In this document: one piece after another, positions 51,019 to 61,301 of the stretch | How the letters are laid out: each line of letters starts with the position of its first letter | Numbering within the stretch: position 1 is the stretch's first letter | Origin: an uncultured Chloroflexia bacterium | Lineage (GTDB): Bacteria > Chloroflexota > Dehalococcoidia > UBA2979 | NCBI GenBank assembly: GCA_963728205.1 | Contig: CAVSIV010000001.1 | Location: 1,120,001-1,184,000, forward strand | DNA: 64,000 nt | Direction of reading: 5' to 3' | Translations under genes and position numbers: made by a program | Notes under the pieces: generated by a model | Told to the model about the DNA's origin: nothing | The model's database searches: none | Seen by the model: only the letters and a program-made list of their open reading frames with translations

Positions 51019-51957
51019 TCAGCGCAGGCCGAGCAGCTCCACCCCGGCGGGGTAGAGCAGCACGACCAGGAACACCGGGAAGATGAAGAGCGCGACCGGG
51101 AACAGCATGCGCACCGCCCCCTTGCCGCCCTCCTCGATGAGGTCTGTGCGCCGTCGCTCGCGCACGGTCTCCGCGAGCGCGAGCATCGCCGGCGCGAGTG
51201 GGAGCCCCTGCGCGTAGGCGAGGCGCCACGCATCGGCGAGCGAGCGCAGCTCCGCGATCCCCTCGCGCTCGGCCAGCGCCTGCAGTCCGTCGGCGTAGCT
51301 GCCGGTCCCGAGCCCCGCCTCGCGGACCACGCCGCGCAGCGCGTCGCCCAGCACGCCGGTGAGCTGCCGGCCGGCCTCGACGAGCGCCTGCTCCGGCGAG
51401 AGCCCCGCGCTGGCCGCGATCACGAAGAGGTCGAGCGCGACCGGCAGCTCCGCGCCGATCGCCCGGCGGCGCTCGCGCAGGCGGTCGTGCAGCATCCAGC
51501 TCGGGGCCGCGAAGCCCGCCACGAACCCGCCGGCCCACCACCACACGGGCCAGGTGCCGAAGGGGTGCACGCCGAGCAGGTTCATCGCGGGGAACGCCGC
51601 CGCCGACCACGGCGCCGCACGCCGCCTGCTGCCCGCGGAACTGTGCCGGCCGTCGTCCCCGGCCAGGCGAGCGCGAGGCGACGATCGAGGTCGCCGGCCT
51701 CGAAGCCGAGGCGGCCGGTCACGCGCACGAGCAAGGCGCCGGCGTCGTCGAGCACGGGCCGCAGCACGCGCTCGAGCAGCGGCGAGCGGAAGCGCGGCGG
51801 CCGCGCGGCGGCCTGCGTCGAGCTCCATCCGGCCCTGCGCCGAGAGCCGCCGCAGCCGCTCCTCGAGCGCCGGGCGCGGCCGCCCCAGCGGCTGCGCCAT
51901 CACGAGCAGCCACAGCCCGGCGCCGAGCGCGCCGCTGAGCAGGAGCGCCGGGGTCAC
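51019..51957 (-). CDS. tadC: TadC (T2SS F domain), frameshifted
   Basis: ELP.ALDL....SAGLS..QAL, G.PL...L, MLFPV..FIFP. Confidence 0.82.
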   Translation of the reverse strand: MTPALLLSGALGAGLWLLVMAQPLGRPRPALEERLRRLSAQGRMELDAGRRAAAALPLAAARARAAARARRRRRLARARDRPPRLRGRRPRSSPRARLAGDDGRHSSAGSRRRAAPWSAAAFPAMNLLGVHPFGTWPVWWWAGGFVAGFAAPSWMLHDRLRERRRAIGAELPVALDLFVIAASAGLSPEQALVEAGRQLTGVLGDALRGVVREAGLGTGSYADGLQALAEREGIAELRSLADAWRLAYAQGLPLAPAMLALAETVRERRRTDLIEEGGKGAVRMLFPVALFIFPVFLVVLLYPAGVELLGLR

Positions 51958-52809
51958 CGGAGCACCCGCCAATCGGTGGGCAGCGCCGCCGCCCGGCGCA
52001 TCAGCGCGTAGCCGGCCGCCACGCTCAGCAGGCAGAGCGCGAGCACCGCCTGCCCCCCGGGGGACGAGAAGACGTCGAGGTAGCCGGGGTTGCTGGCGCG
52101 GATCGTCACGATCAGCACGAGCGGCAGCGCCGCGATCACCCGCGCCGAGAGCACGTGCTGCGCCTGCTGGGCGCGCACCTCGCGCCGCACCTGCAGGCTC
52201 GCGCGCACCGAGCGCCCGAGGCCGTCGAGCACCGCCGCGAGGTTGCGGCCGCCAAGCCGGTAGGCGGTGAGCAGGGCCGCGACCAGCACGTCGAAAAGCG
52301 GGTCGGCCACCCGGTCACGCGTGCGCCGCGCCGCCTCCTCGAATCCCGAGAGGCGGGCGTCGCGCTCCATCGCCTGGAACTCGCGCCGGAGCGCCGCGGG
52401 GCCGGTGCGCCCGAGCGCGTGGATCGCCTCCTCGAGCCCCAGTCCCACGCGCACGGCGTCGCGCAGCGCGGCGACGGCCTCGCCGACGGCTTCCTCGACC
52501 TCGGCGCGCTCCCGCGCCGCGCGCTGGCCGAAGTACCAGGAGGGGAGCCCCAGCCCGACCGCGGTCGCGGCGAGCGTCACCACGGGCCAGCCGAAGCACG
52601 CCTGTGCGATAGCGCCGGCGACCGTGCCACTGGCTGCGCTCGCCAGCGCGAGCTCGCGCAGGCCCACACCGGGGACCGCCCGAGCGCGCCAGCGCGTCGC
52701 GCAGCCGGCGGCGCGCCGCGTCTCGCTCGCCGCCGCCCCGCCGCCCGGTGGCGGCGAGGTAGATCAGCAGCACGCCGGCGCCGAAGGTCATGCTCAGCAG
52801 GACGTTCAC
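51954..52809 (-). CDS. tadB: TadB (T2SS F domain), frameshifted
   Basis: LRDAVRVG.GL.EA, GG.NL..VL, SARVIAALP, PGY...F....GQ. Confidence 0.82.
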
Positions 52810-52829
52810 GGCTCCCTCCTCAACGCCCC

Positions 52830-52942
52830 ATGGTCCCCGCGGCAGGTCCCAGTACGGTCCAAGACCGCACTCAGATCGCACCAATCGCTCCAAGATCGCG
52901 CCAGGATCGCACTCACCCGGCCAGGAACCCGCCGAAATCGCA
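52830..52942 (-). promoter_or_regulatory. 11-bp-phased direct-repeat array plus -10-like box, internal promoter of tadB
   Basis: Units TCCAAGACCGC, ACTCAGATCGC, TCCAAGATCGC, GCCAGGATCGC etc. at 52847-52942; GAC-N10-GACCAT on coding strand. Confidence 0.7.
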
Positions 52943-52951
52943 CGGCGCGCA

Positions 52952-54221
52952 TCAGCCGCCCCGCTCCGGGCCCGGGTAGCCGGCCGCGAGCAGCCGCGCC
53001 TCGCGGCGCGCGCGGATGCCCGTCCAGCGCAGCACCCCCTGGTCGAGCGCGAACAGCTCGTTGCCGGCCACGGCCTCGCCCTCCATGCCCGTGACCTCGT
53101 AGACGCTGGCCAGCACGCGGCGCCCCGACGGGGCGAGCTGCAGGTGCAGCACGAGCTGGATCGCCTCGGCAATCATCTCGGTGAGCGCCTGGGCGGGGAG
53201 CGCTTCCTCGGCCATCAGCGCATAGGTGCGCAGCTTCGTGAGCGCCTCGCGGGGGCCGTTGGCGTGGATCGTGCACATCGAGCCCTCGTGGCCCGAGTTC
53301 ATCGCGGTCAGCATGTCGAGCGCCTCGCCGCCGCGGACCTCGCCCACCACGATCCGGGTCGGCCGCATGCGCAGCGCGTTCTGGACGAGCGCGCGGATCG
53401 CGATCGCGCCGGCGCCCTCGACGTTCGCCGGGCGCGCCTGCAGCGCCACGCAGTCGGGCAGCACCGCCTCGAGCTGGAGCTCGGCCGTCTCCTCGATCGT
53501 CACGACGCGCTCCTCGAGCCCGGAGATCGCCGAGGCCGAGGGCGTTGAGGCAGGTGGTCTTGCCGCTGCCGGTGCCGCCGGAGATCAGCATGTTCAGCCC
53601 GGCGCGCACGGCCGCCTGGAGGAAGACCGCGGCCTCCGGGGGCAGCGTCTCCAGCGCGACCAGCTCGTCCAGCGAGCGCGCGCGCAGCAGGAACTTGCGG
53701 ATGGTGACGTGCGTGGCGCCCGAGGTGAGCGGCGCGATGACCGCGTTGAGGCGCGAGCCGTCGGCGAGCCGGGCGTCGACCATCGGGCTCGTCTCGTCGA
53801 GCCGGCGCCCCAGCGGCCCGATCGCGCGTCGCACGAGCTGCAGCAGCTCCGCGTCGTCCTCGAACACGACGTCGGAGAGGCGCTTGCGGCCGCCGGCGAT
53901 CGCGAACACGCGCTCGGGGCCGTTGACGATGATCTCCTCGACCTCGGGGTCGTCGAGCAGCGGCTGCAGCGGCCCCAGGCCGAGCAGGTCGTCGAGCACC
54001 CGGCGCACGAGCGCCTCGGGCTCCCCGACCGGCGGCTCGCCGAGCGTCGCGGCGCGACGATTCGCGGCGGCGATGCACTCGAGCACGAGCCGGCGCGCCG
54101 CCTCAAACTCCACGGGTCCGGGCGCGAGCAGCGCCTCGACGTCGAGGGTGCGCCGCAGCTCGGCCTGCACCTCGCCGCGGATCGCCCGCTCCCGGGCGTC
54201 GGCCGCCGCGAGCGTCACCAT
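52952..54221 (-). CDS. tadA: CpaF/TadA pilus ATPase (frameshift near 53535)
   Basis: [64 protein letters not shown]. Confidence 0.9.
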
Positions 54222-54222
54222 C

Positions 54223-55395
54223 TCAGTCGGCCCCCGCCAGCCGCGGCACGAGCGGCTCCGCCACCGCGTCGCGACGCGCGCACCGCCGCGAGGCCGTCGG
54301 GCAGCGCCCGCAGGTCGCGTGCCGCGCGCCCGCCGCACCGGGGCAGCGGGAGCTGCCGATCGATCGCTCGCCGCGCGGCCTTGCGGTCCTCGCGCACGAC
54401 CGCCACCACCGGCATGCCCAGCACGCGCTCGATCTCGTTCGCGGTCGTAGTGCTCGCGTCCCTCCAGGCGGTTCACGACGGCGGCGAACGCGGTCCCGTC
54501 GGGGACGTCGTCCGCGATCCACCGCAGTCCGACCCGCGCATTCCAGACGGAGACGAGAATCGGCGCCGGTCACGAGCAGCACCTCGTCCGCGCAGTCGAG
54601 CACGCTCAGGTCCGCCGGCACGCCGGTGTCGACGACCACCGTCTCGAAGCGCGCCCTGAGCGCGTTCAGCACCCCGGCGAGCAGGTCCCGGGCGCGTGCT
54701 GAGCGCCAGCTCGGGCCGCTCGAAGCCGGCGAGCACCGCGCACCCCGGGCCTTCCTGCAACTCGTCGGTCACCTGCGCGCCGGGCGCCGCGAGGCCCACG
54801 AGGCCGCGCCGCGGATCGAGGTCCAGGTGGGGCGCGACGTTCCCGGTGCGGAGGTCGGCATCGACGAGCGCGACCGACCCGCGCTCGCCCGCGAGCGAGG
54901 CGAGCGCGATGCGCGAGCGTCGTCTTGCCGGTCGAGCCCTTTCCGCTCACGACGGCGACGACACGGCCGCTGCCTTCGCGGTCTTCCCGCGTTCGCGGTT
55001 CGGCAGGCGGTGCGTCCGCCACGGTTGGCCGTGCACCGCGGCTCTCCGCAAGGCGAAGCGCCGACGCGATCTCCCCGCCGCTGGAGGTGGCCGGGAGGAC
55101 GCGCGCGAGGGACGCGAAGGCCTCCGCGTCCGCTCCCGGGGGCGTGAGCGCCACCACCGGCAGCCGGCGTTCGCGCAGCGCCGCGAGCGTCGCCGGGCTC
55201 AACTGGTGCAGGTCGGTAGAGACCAGCGCGACGTCCACGCCCGGCGCCCGCGCCTGCTCCAGCAGGTCGGCCGCGCTGAGGCAGCGGGTGACCACCGTGA
55301 CGCCCTCGCGCGGAAGCTCTCGCGCCAGCCGACGCTCGAGCGCGCGGTCGCCGACGGCGAGCAGCGCGCGGATCGCGAATCGCCTCGCCGCTCAT
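54223..55395 (-). CDS. CpaE/TadZ-like (receiver-like + MinD ATPase), frameshifted
   Basis: [27 protein letters not shown]. Confidence 0.75.
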
Positions 55396-56086
55396 CGTGC
55401 GTCCCCTGCGCGGCGGCTGCGAGCTGCGCAGCAGCGAGCGTGAGCTGCGCGTTCACGACCGCGTCGGCGAAGCGCTCGGCGTCCGCGCCAGGGATGAGGA
55501 GGGTCACGTTGCTGACGCGACCGCTCGCAGCGGCTGAGTCGTGCGCGCCGAGCGTCACGCTCGAGGTCGCGCGCGACACGTCGTAGACCGTCGCGTCGTC
55601 GAGCAGCGTGCTGCTCTGGCTCTGCGGCTGGCCCTTGTCGGTCGTCGCGACGACGGTCACGTGATCGCCCGGGTGGAGCGCCGGGTAGACCGTGTCGGCG
55701 TTCACCGGGACGGTGACCGCGAGCTGGTCGGCGCCGATGGTCGGGACCGAGCCCAGGTCGGGTCGCAGCACGAGCGCGCCGGCGGGGATGGCCTGCTGCG
55801 CGGTCTGCCCGACGAGCGCCGCCAGGTCGGGAGCGGCCACCGCCAGCGCGGCCGGCGGCCCGTCGAGCCGCGCCTGCGCCGTGGTCAGGTCGTCGCTGCT
55901 GATGACGTGCCCCGCCGGGATCGCGTGCGCCGCGATCACCACCGGCTGCGTGATCCGCGCCTGGTCCGCGAGGCGCACGCCGCCGATCACCGCGGCCGCG
56001 ACGAGCACCACGCCCACGAGGAGCCGCACGTCCACGTGCGGCAGCGCTGCCGTTCGCCATCGCCGCCCGGAGGTAGTGATCGCCAT
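55392..56086 (-). CDS. CpaB/RcpC SAF-domain protein (3' end approximate)
   Basis: TM then VVIAAH.IPAG..I..DDL, L.PGD.V.V, VTL. Confidence 0.82.
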
Positions 56087-56095
56087 CGCCCTGCC

Positions 56096-56374
56096 TCAGC
56101 CTTTGAACTCGTGCCCATTGCGCGCGGGATGTGCCCGCGGTCCCCACCGCCGCCGCGCCACGAACCGCTCGCCGTCTGCCCAGCGCTGCTCGACCTGCTT
56201 CAGCCACGCGCCGAGGAACGACGCGGCCTCGTCTGAGTCGGCGAAGCGACGCTCGGTCTCGGGGTGGCCGTTGCCGGGGTGGCGGATCAGCACACGCAGG
56301 CGCCGTTCCTGGTCGGGCTCAATCCAGGCGCGTACCACCAGCCAGTCGATGAGCGTGCGCGGGTCGCTGGTCAT
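56096..56374 (-). CDS. Small hypothetical protein, first gene of tad operon (probably leaderless)
   Basis: LVVRAWIE...; TAGCGT -10 7 nt before ATG. Confidence 0.65.
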   Translation of the reverse strand: MTSDPRTLIDWLVVRAWIEPDQERRLRVLIRHPGNGHPETERRFADSDEAASFLGAWLKQVEQRWADGERFVARRRWGPRAHPARNGHEFKG

Positions 56375-56381
56375 GCCGGCG

Positions 56382-56412
56382 ACGCTACCCGACGCGCGTC
56401 TCAAGTCGCGCC
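56382..56412 (-). promoter_or_regulatory. Tad operon promoter: repeat-unit variant plus -10 TAGCGT
   Basis: GGCGCGACTTGAGAC-N10-TAGCGT-N7-ATG; same spacing as the other three sites. Confidence 0.6.
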
Positions 56413-56639
56413 ACAGGTCTTCGCCGCACCGCCCTTCGCGGGTCGAACGGCGATCGCTCGAACGCCGACTCCCGACCGATCCGGATTCGCAACGGCGTCG
56501 CGCAACTTCGGCGCGAATTGAGACGGGTCTGCGATGCCGCCACCGCAACAACGCATGCAATGCGCGCGTTGGACGGAGCAGACGCAGGTCTGCCGCGTCG
56601 CCGAGACCGGCGGCGGCGCGGCGTGCGGGGGACCCTCCG

Positions 56640-57425
56640 GTGACCGCAGAGCCGAGCACAGCACCGCGGCCTGGCCGCCTTCAGCAGGCGCGTACCCCGC
56701 GCTGGCGCGTGTGCCTGCTCCCCGCCTTCGCCCTGCGGGCCGGGGAAGTTCCGGTCAAGGTGCCCGCGGCCGGGCGCCGCCTCGCCACTTTGCTCGCGCT
56801 CTACCCGGGACCGCTGACGGCACAGCAGGCGGCGTCGATGCTCTGGCCCCGCCTGTCCGAGCGCCAGGCAGCGTCGAGCCTGCGGACCGCGCGCTGGCGG
56901 GTGCGCGCAGCGAGCCCCTCGCTCCTCGTCGACGACCCGTCAGGGCTGCGGCTGCATCCCGACGTCACGGTGGACGCATGGGAGCTCGAAGCGCTCGCGC
57001 TCGACATGACCGAGCGTCCCGCGGACGTGATCGACACGGATCCGCGCCGGTTCGCGGCCGAGCTGCTGCCCGACTCCCGCGACGACTGGGTGCTCGCGCA
57101 GCACGCCCACCTCCGTGAGCTCTGCCTGCGCGCGGTCGAGGCGCAGGCGCGCCACTACCTCGCCTCGTCCGACTACGGCTCCGCGAGCAATGCCATCTAC
57201 GTGGCGATCACGATGGAGCCGGAGCGCGAGAGCGCTACGCGGACGCTGATGGAGATCGATCTCGCAGAGGGGAACCAGATCGACGCAGTGCGCGCCTATT
57301 TGCGCCTCGAACAGCGACTGGCGAGGGACGGCACCGCGCCGTCCAATGCGCTCCGCGCGCTCGTCGCACCGCTGCTCGACCAGCTCGCCCCCGGCGCGGC
57401 CGAGCGACTCTTGCGCTGGAGCTAA
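56640..57425 (+). CDS. SARP-like wHTH-BTAD transcriptional activator
   Basis: RL..LLAL, A.MLWP, SLRTA.WR, V.VD..E, ELLP...DDWV, EP.RESA...LM, PS. Confidence 0.82.
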   Translation: MTAEPSTAPRPGRLQQARTPRWRVCLLPAFALRAGEVPVKVPAAGRRLATLLALYPGPLTAQQAASMLWPRLSERQAASSLRTARWRVRAASPSLLVDDPSGLRLHPDVTVDAWELEALALDMTERPADVIDTDPRRFAAELLPDSRDDWVLAQHAHLRELCLRAVEAQARHYLASSDYGSASNAIYVAITMEPERESATRTLMEIDLAEGNQIDAVRAYLRLEQRLARDGTAPSNALRALVAPLLDQLAPGAAERLLRWS

Positions 57426-57523
57426 CGGCCTCTCGTGCCCAGGACAGACGAACTCCGCCGGAACAGATGCGTTGCCGATCCACCCATCTGCTCTCGACGA
57501 GCGGTGAAGCGAAGAGCCCACCC

Positions 57524-57563
57524 TTGACGCCTCCGCGACGCGGTGTACTGTACATATAGTACA
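57524..57563 (+). promoter_or_regulatory. Sigma70-like promoter with palindromic operator
   Basis: TTGACG-N16-TACTGT overlapped by TGTACT-N8-AGTACA (57544-57563). Confidence 0.55.
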
Positions 57564-57587
57564 TTCACTGTATGAGGGGGGTGGCTT

Positions 57588-58037
57588 GTGGAAGAGATCG
57601 ACTTCACGCTCGACGGCGACCGGTACCACTTGAGCCGGGAATCGGTGATCCGCGCGATGCGGAAGCAGACTCCCGGTCGCATTCAGACCTACGCCGTTGA
57701 CGTCGAGGGCGTGCGATTCCCTGTGAAGCAGGTCCTAGCTCAGGCCCTCCAAATCCCGGTAACCACGTTCGTGTCCACGAGAGCGCAGGATCTGCTCGAG
57801 AAGCTCGACTTCAAGGTCATCAATGTCGAGATGGACGACGCGAGTTCCGGTGTCGATACACCAGAGGGACAGCGAGCGCTCGCCCTGCAGCTCGCCGTGG
57901 AACTTCTGAAGATGCGATCAGACGCGCAAGCCGCCGACGCCGTCGCTGCGGCTTCGGACTTCCTGCGCTGGTTGACAGCCTCGTCAGCGGCGGTGCCCAA
58001 CCCGAACTCGCTGCCGAAGCCACGCGCGGCGTCCTAG
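57588..58037 (+). CDS. Hypothetical protein, SCO5918 / McrA-head-like domain
   Basis: Y.V.V.G.RFPVKQV......F....A...L.KL.F pattern; family call from memory. Confidence 0.55.
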   Translation: MEEIDFTLDGDRYHLSRESVIRAMRKQTPGRIQTYAVDVEGVRFPVKQVLAQALQIPVTTFVSTRAQDLLEKLDFKVINVEMDDASSGVDTPEGQRALALQLAVELLKMRSDAQAADAVAAASDFLRWLTASSAAVPNPNSLPKPRAAS

Positions 58038-58212
58038 CGGCCACGTGGGTAGGCCCTGGCACTCCGTTCTGCGACCACCGCGCATGCGAGCTGGCTGCGG
58101 TCGTGCGTGCACAAATCGGCGGTGCTGCAAACCCCGTCACACAGTACGACCGCGACTTGGGCCTGACTGAGCACGAGCGCGTCGACCCGATCGGATGGTC
58201 CGCCGCTGGGAA

Positions 58213-58497
58213 CTACTGCTTTGGCCGTCGCCCTCGGCGAGCGGCTGATGCGCTCTTCTTCCACACCAGTGTGCGCTGATGCCCGTCCGTCCAACTCGAA
58301 CGAACGTTGATGCCGAGTTTCGCGGCGGCATCGGCAAGCCGTCGCTTCACGGTCGACGCAACTTCCCCTCGCTCGAGTGCGATCTGTCCCGCGTCAGCGG
58401 CGCGCAGAGCATCGAGATATGGCTTCCGTGCTGCGACCGCGGAACGCTCTCGTCCGATGCTGACTTCCTCTGGCTTCAACTGGACGAACTTCGGCAC
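58213..58497 (-). CDS. Small basic putative DNA-binding protein
   Basis: GEVASTVKRRL..AA..LG; RRGRRPK AT-hook-like tail. Confidence 0.6.
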   Translation of the reverse strand: MPKFVQLKPEEVSIGRERSAVAARKPYLDALRAADAGQIALERGEVASTVKRRLADAAAKLGINVRSSWTDGHQRTLVWKKSASAARRGRRPKQ

Positions 58498-58634
58498 GAA
58501 CTTCCCTCGTCTCTTCCAGCCGGGATTCCAGTGACGATAGCGTCCTCCTGGCCGGCCGCGAACGCCACTCTCCGAAACACATGAGTTCGCGCAGCAATCC
58601 GTATCGCCCATTGAAGCCGAGGGAGGGCTCTCAC

Positions 58635-59802
58635 ATGCCACAGGGACGCTCGTTCACGCGCGAGGAACTGCATGCCTTCGTGTGGTCCGAACCGGTCAGC
58701 AAGAATCGCGCCGCGCTTCGGAACCTCCGGCGTCACGCTCGCGAAGATCTGTGCCGGCGCGCGCATCCCGGTGCCGCAACGCGGGTACTGGGCGAAGCGT
58801 CAGTTCGGGAAGCACGTCGAGCCCGATCCGCTTCCTCTGCGCGCGCCCGGTCAGTTCGCACGGGTCTACGTTGGCTCGCGGAGGCCCGGCCGTTCGTTCC
58901 CCACGGTCGACGACCAGCAGCGCGCGCTGGTCGCGCCGGAGTTCCCCGACGACATCGTCGAGCTCACCGCGGCCGTTCGCCTGCGCGTTGGACGCCCACG
59001 CGCGCCGCGTCTCGAGCACCGTACGCACCCGCTCATCGATCGGTTGCTCCAGGAAGAGCGGCAGCGGCAGGGCGACGCCACGACCCCGACGTACATGCGC
59101 CGCGAGCCTCGGTTCGCGTCACCCCTCGACCGGCGCCGACTGCGCATCGTGAACGGCATCTTCCTCGCCGTTTCCCGCGTCGACGCGCGTCCCGGGCTCC
59201 AGGACTTCGGCGAGCTGCGCTTCGGGGTCACCGTGAGCGACACGTGGGTGCCATTCGTCATCGAGCGCGCCGCCTCACACAGCCGGCGGACCTCTGAGGC
59301 GCACGCGTCACTCGAGCTGCGCATCGATGTGCGCGACGTCTCGCACGACCTCGGTGCGTGGGACGAGCGGGAGCGCCCACTCGAGGAGCAACTCGGCGAC
59401 ATCGTCACCCGCATCGTCGTCGCTGGCGAGATCGTCTACCGCCACTGGGAGCGCGAGGTCTACGACTACACCGTCGCCGAGCGGCAGCGCCGCCGCGACG
59501 AGGCGGTGCGGATCGAGCGCGAGCGGCGCGAGGCCGATGACCGGGCACGCGTCAAGCGGCTGCTGCGAGAGGCGGGGTGCTTCCGCGACGCCGCCGTCAT
59601 CCGCGACTACGTCGCCGCCGCTCGAGCGGCGCACGCGGACGCCGCGGAGCCCGTCGACCGCGAGCGGTTCGAGGCGTGGGCGACTCGGGCGCTCACGCAG
59701 GCCGATCGCCTTGATCCCGTTACCTCCGGCGAGTACCTGCGCGAATCCGACAGCCCTGTGAGCGGCGATCGTGTGAGCGGCGAGCACCTGCCGTTTGCCT
59801 GA
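58635..59802 (+). CDS. Mobile-element-associated protein with N-terminal HTH (frameshift near 58705)
   Basis: TREEL..VWSEP...A..G.S...LAKIC....IP.P.RGYWAK; C-terminal WA...ADRLDP. Confidence 0.65.
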
Positions 59803-60042
59803 GCGACCGGGATCCTCCGCGCGGTGAGCGGCGCGTGGCGTGCGCGGTGTGGGCGAGCGGCTCTCGCACGAAGCGTGTGCGTGTCCAGATCACCAATCAT
59901 CCGAGGGCAATTTCGCTCCAACTTCGCACCAACCCGGCGACGAAGCTGCGCGAATGCGCCCGTTCCGCGTGACCGACCGCCGGACGGCCGCGCGCTCCAG
60001 CCTCTCCCTGGCTCATGGGGCGCTCGCGCGGACCGATCCGAA

Positions 60043-60118
60043 GTTGGCGCGAATCTGGATGGGTTGGCGCTATCTGGGTGCGATCTTGGACCGATCTGGG
60101 ACCTCCGCTGCGTAGCGT
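60043..60118 (+). promoter_or_regulatory. 11-bp-phased direct-repeat array plus -10 TAGCGT for rightward operon
   Basis: GCTATCTGGGT GCGATCTTGGA CCGATCTGGGA C; reverse complement of the 34807 and 52847 arrays; GAC-N10-TAGCGT. Confidence 0.7.
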
Positions 60119-60523
60119 CTTCCTCGTAGTCAGTGCGTTTCGCCGGTACCGCCGCTCCCAGGAGCAGAGAAACCGACGCGGATCGCTCATCCGGCATGCC
60201 GGGGCGGATCGCCTCCACGAGGAAACGAGCAACGCGCTCTCCCCACCCGACAGCGAATCGAGCCGACAGCAAGCAAGGGATCCGTAGGAAGGAGGACTCG
60301 GAGACCGATTTCTGACCAGCGAATACGAACGACGAGAGGAGCAGGCAAGAGACAAGGACTCCCACGCAGCCCGGGCCAGGCGCCCGGATCGACATCGACA
60401 ACGACGTGATCGCGTGGCTCGGGCACGAGCGGAGGCCCGTGCGCCTGCACGAGATCGCGCCGGCAGAGGAGCTCCGACGGCATCGCCTCGGAGCTTCTCC
60501 GTTCCGGAGAGGAGACGACGGAC

Positions 60524-60649
60524 GTGAACCGACGACATGACGGGCGACGACGTGACCGACGACAGCGACGGCTGCTGCGCGTGGTCGCCGCTGCCGGCAC
60601 GGCCACCTGGGTCGCAGCGCTGGTGATGAAGGTCGTGACGCTGCGGTGA
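60524..60649 (+). CDS. 41-aa basic membrane peptide
   Basis: GAGGAG RBS, GTG; MNRRHDGRRRDRRQRRLLRVVAAAGTATWVAALVMKVVTLR. Confidence 0.45.
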   Translation: MNRRHDGRRRDRRQRRLLRVVAAAGTATWVAALVMKVVTLR

Positions 60650-60676
60650 CGCAGCACGCCGGAAGGGACTGGACCG

Positions 60677-61291
60677 ATGGCCAGTAGAAGGAGAACACGG
60701 GGGCGGCGCGCGATCGCCCGTGCCGCAACGGTGCTCAGCCGGGCGCGGTCCGCCTGCCGTCGCACCGCGGCGTCGGCGGCGCGCGCAATCGTCGGGCGGC
60801 TGCGGCCGTGGAAACCGGCGGTCGCGGTGGACGTGCGCGGGCAGCGCGGCCGCCGCCTGCGCGGAACGGTCGGGCGCGTCACGCGCGAGCACCTGCGCGC
60901 CCTCGGCGTGCAGCCGCCCGCGCACCTGCTCGTGGTCGTGCAGCGCAGCGTCGCGGACGGCGACCGCCCGCTCGCGGCGCTGCTGCAGGTCTTCGACGAC
61001 GGCGCTCGACGCCGGCACGTGCTGTTCCTGGCGCTCTCGTCCGGGAACCGCCAGCTCAGCGACGACGACGTCGTGGCGACGCTGCGCCAGCAGCTGCACC
61101 AGGTCGTGGGCGACGAACTCGGGACGCTCCAGCTCAGTGCGCCGGTCGAGCCGGTGCGTGCGCCGCAGCCGGCGCCGGTCGTGCCGATCCGGCGCGAACC
61201 GGAGCCGCCGCCGTTCGACGACGCACCGCCGGCGGCAGAGGCATTCGACGCCTACGACGGCGACGCGTTCGCCGTCGGGGCACAGCGATAA
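60677..61291 (+). CDS. Hypothetical protein
   Basis: Protein-like ORF with GAAGGGA RBS. Confidence 0.6.
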   Translation: MASRRRTRGRRAIARAATVLSRARSACRRTAASAARAIVGRLRPWKPAVAVDVRGQRGRRLRGTVGRVTREHLRALGVQPPAHLLVVVQRSVADGDRPLAALLQVFDDGARRRHVLFLALSSGNRQLSDDDVVATLRQQLHQVVGDELGTLQLSAPVEPVRAPQPAPVVPIRREPEPPPFDDAPPAAEAFDAYDGDAFAVGAQR

Positions 61292-61301
61292 GGAAGGGAC
61301 G

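Noticed and set aside
44487-55395. Programmed frameshifting in ICE genes
   Set aside because: Indels are scattered without slippery sequences; error or decay is simpler
57546-57563. E. coli-type SOS box
   Set aside because: Reads CTGT-N8-TACA, not CTGT-N8-ACAG; kept only as a generic palindrome
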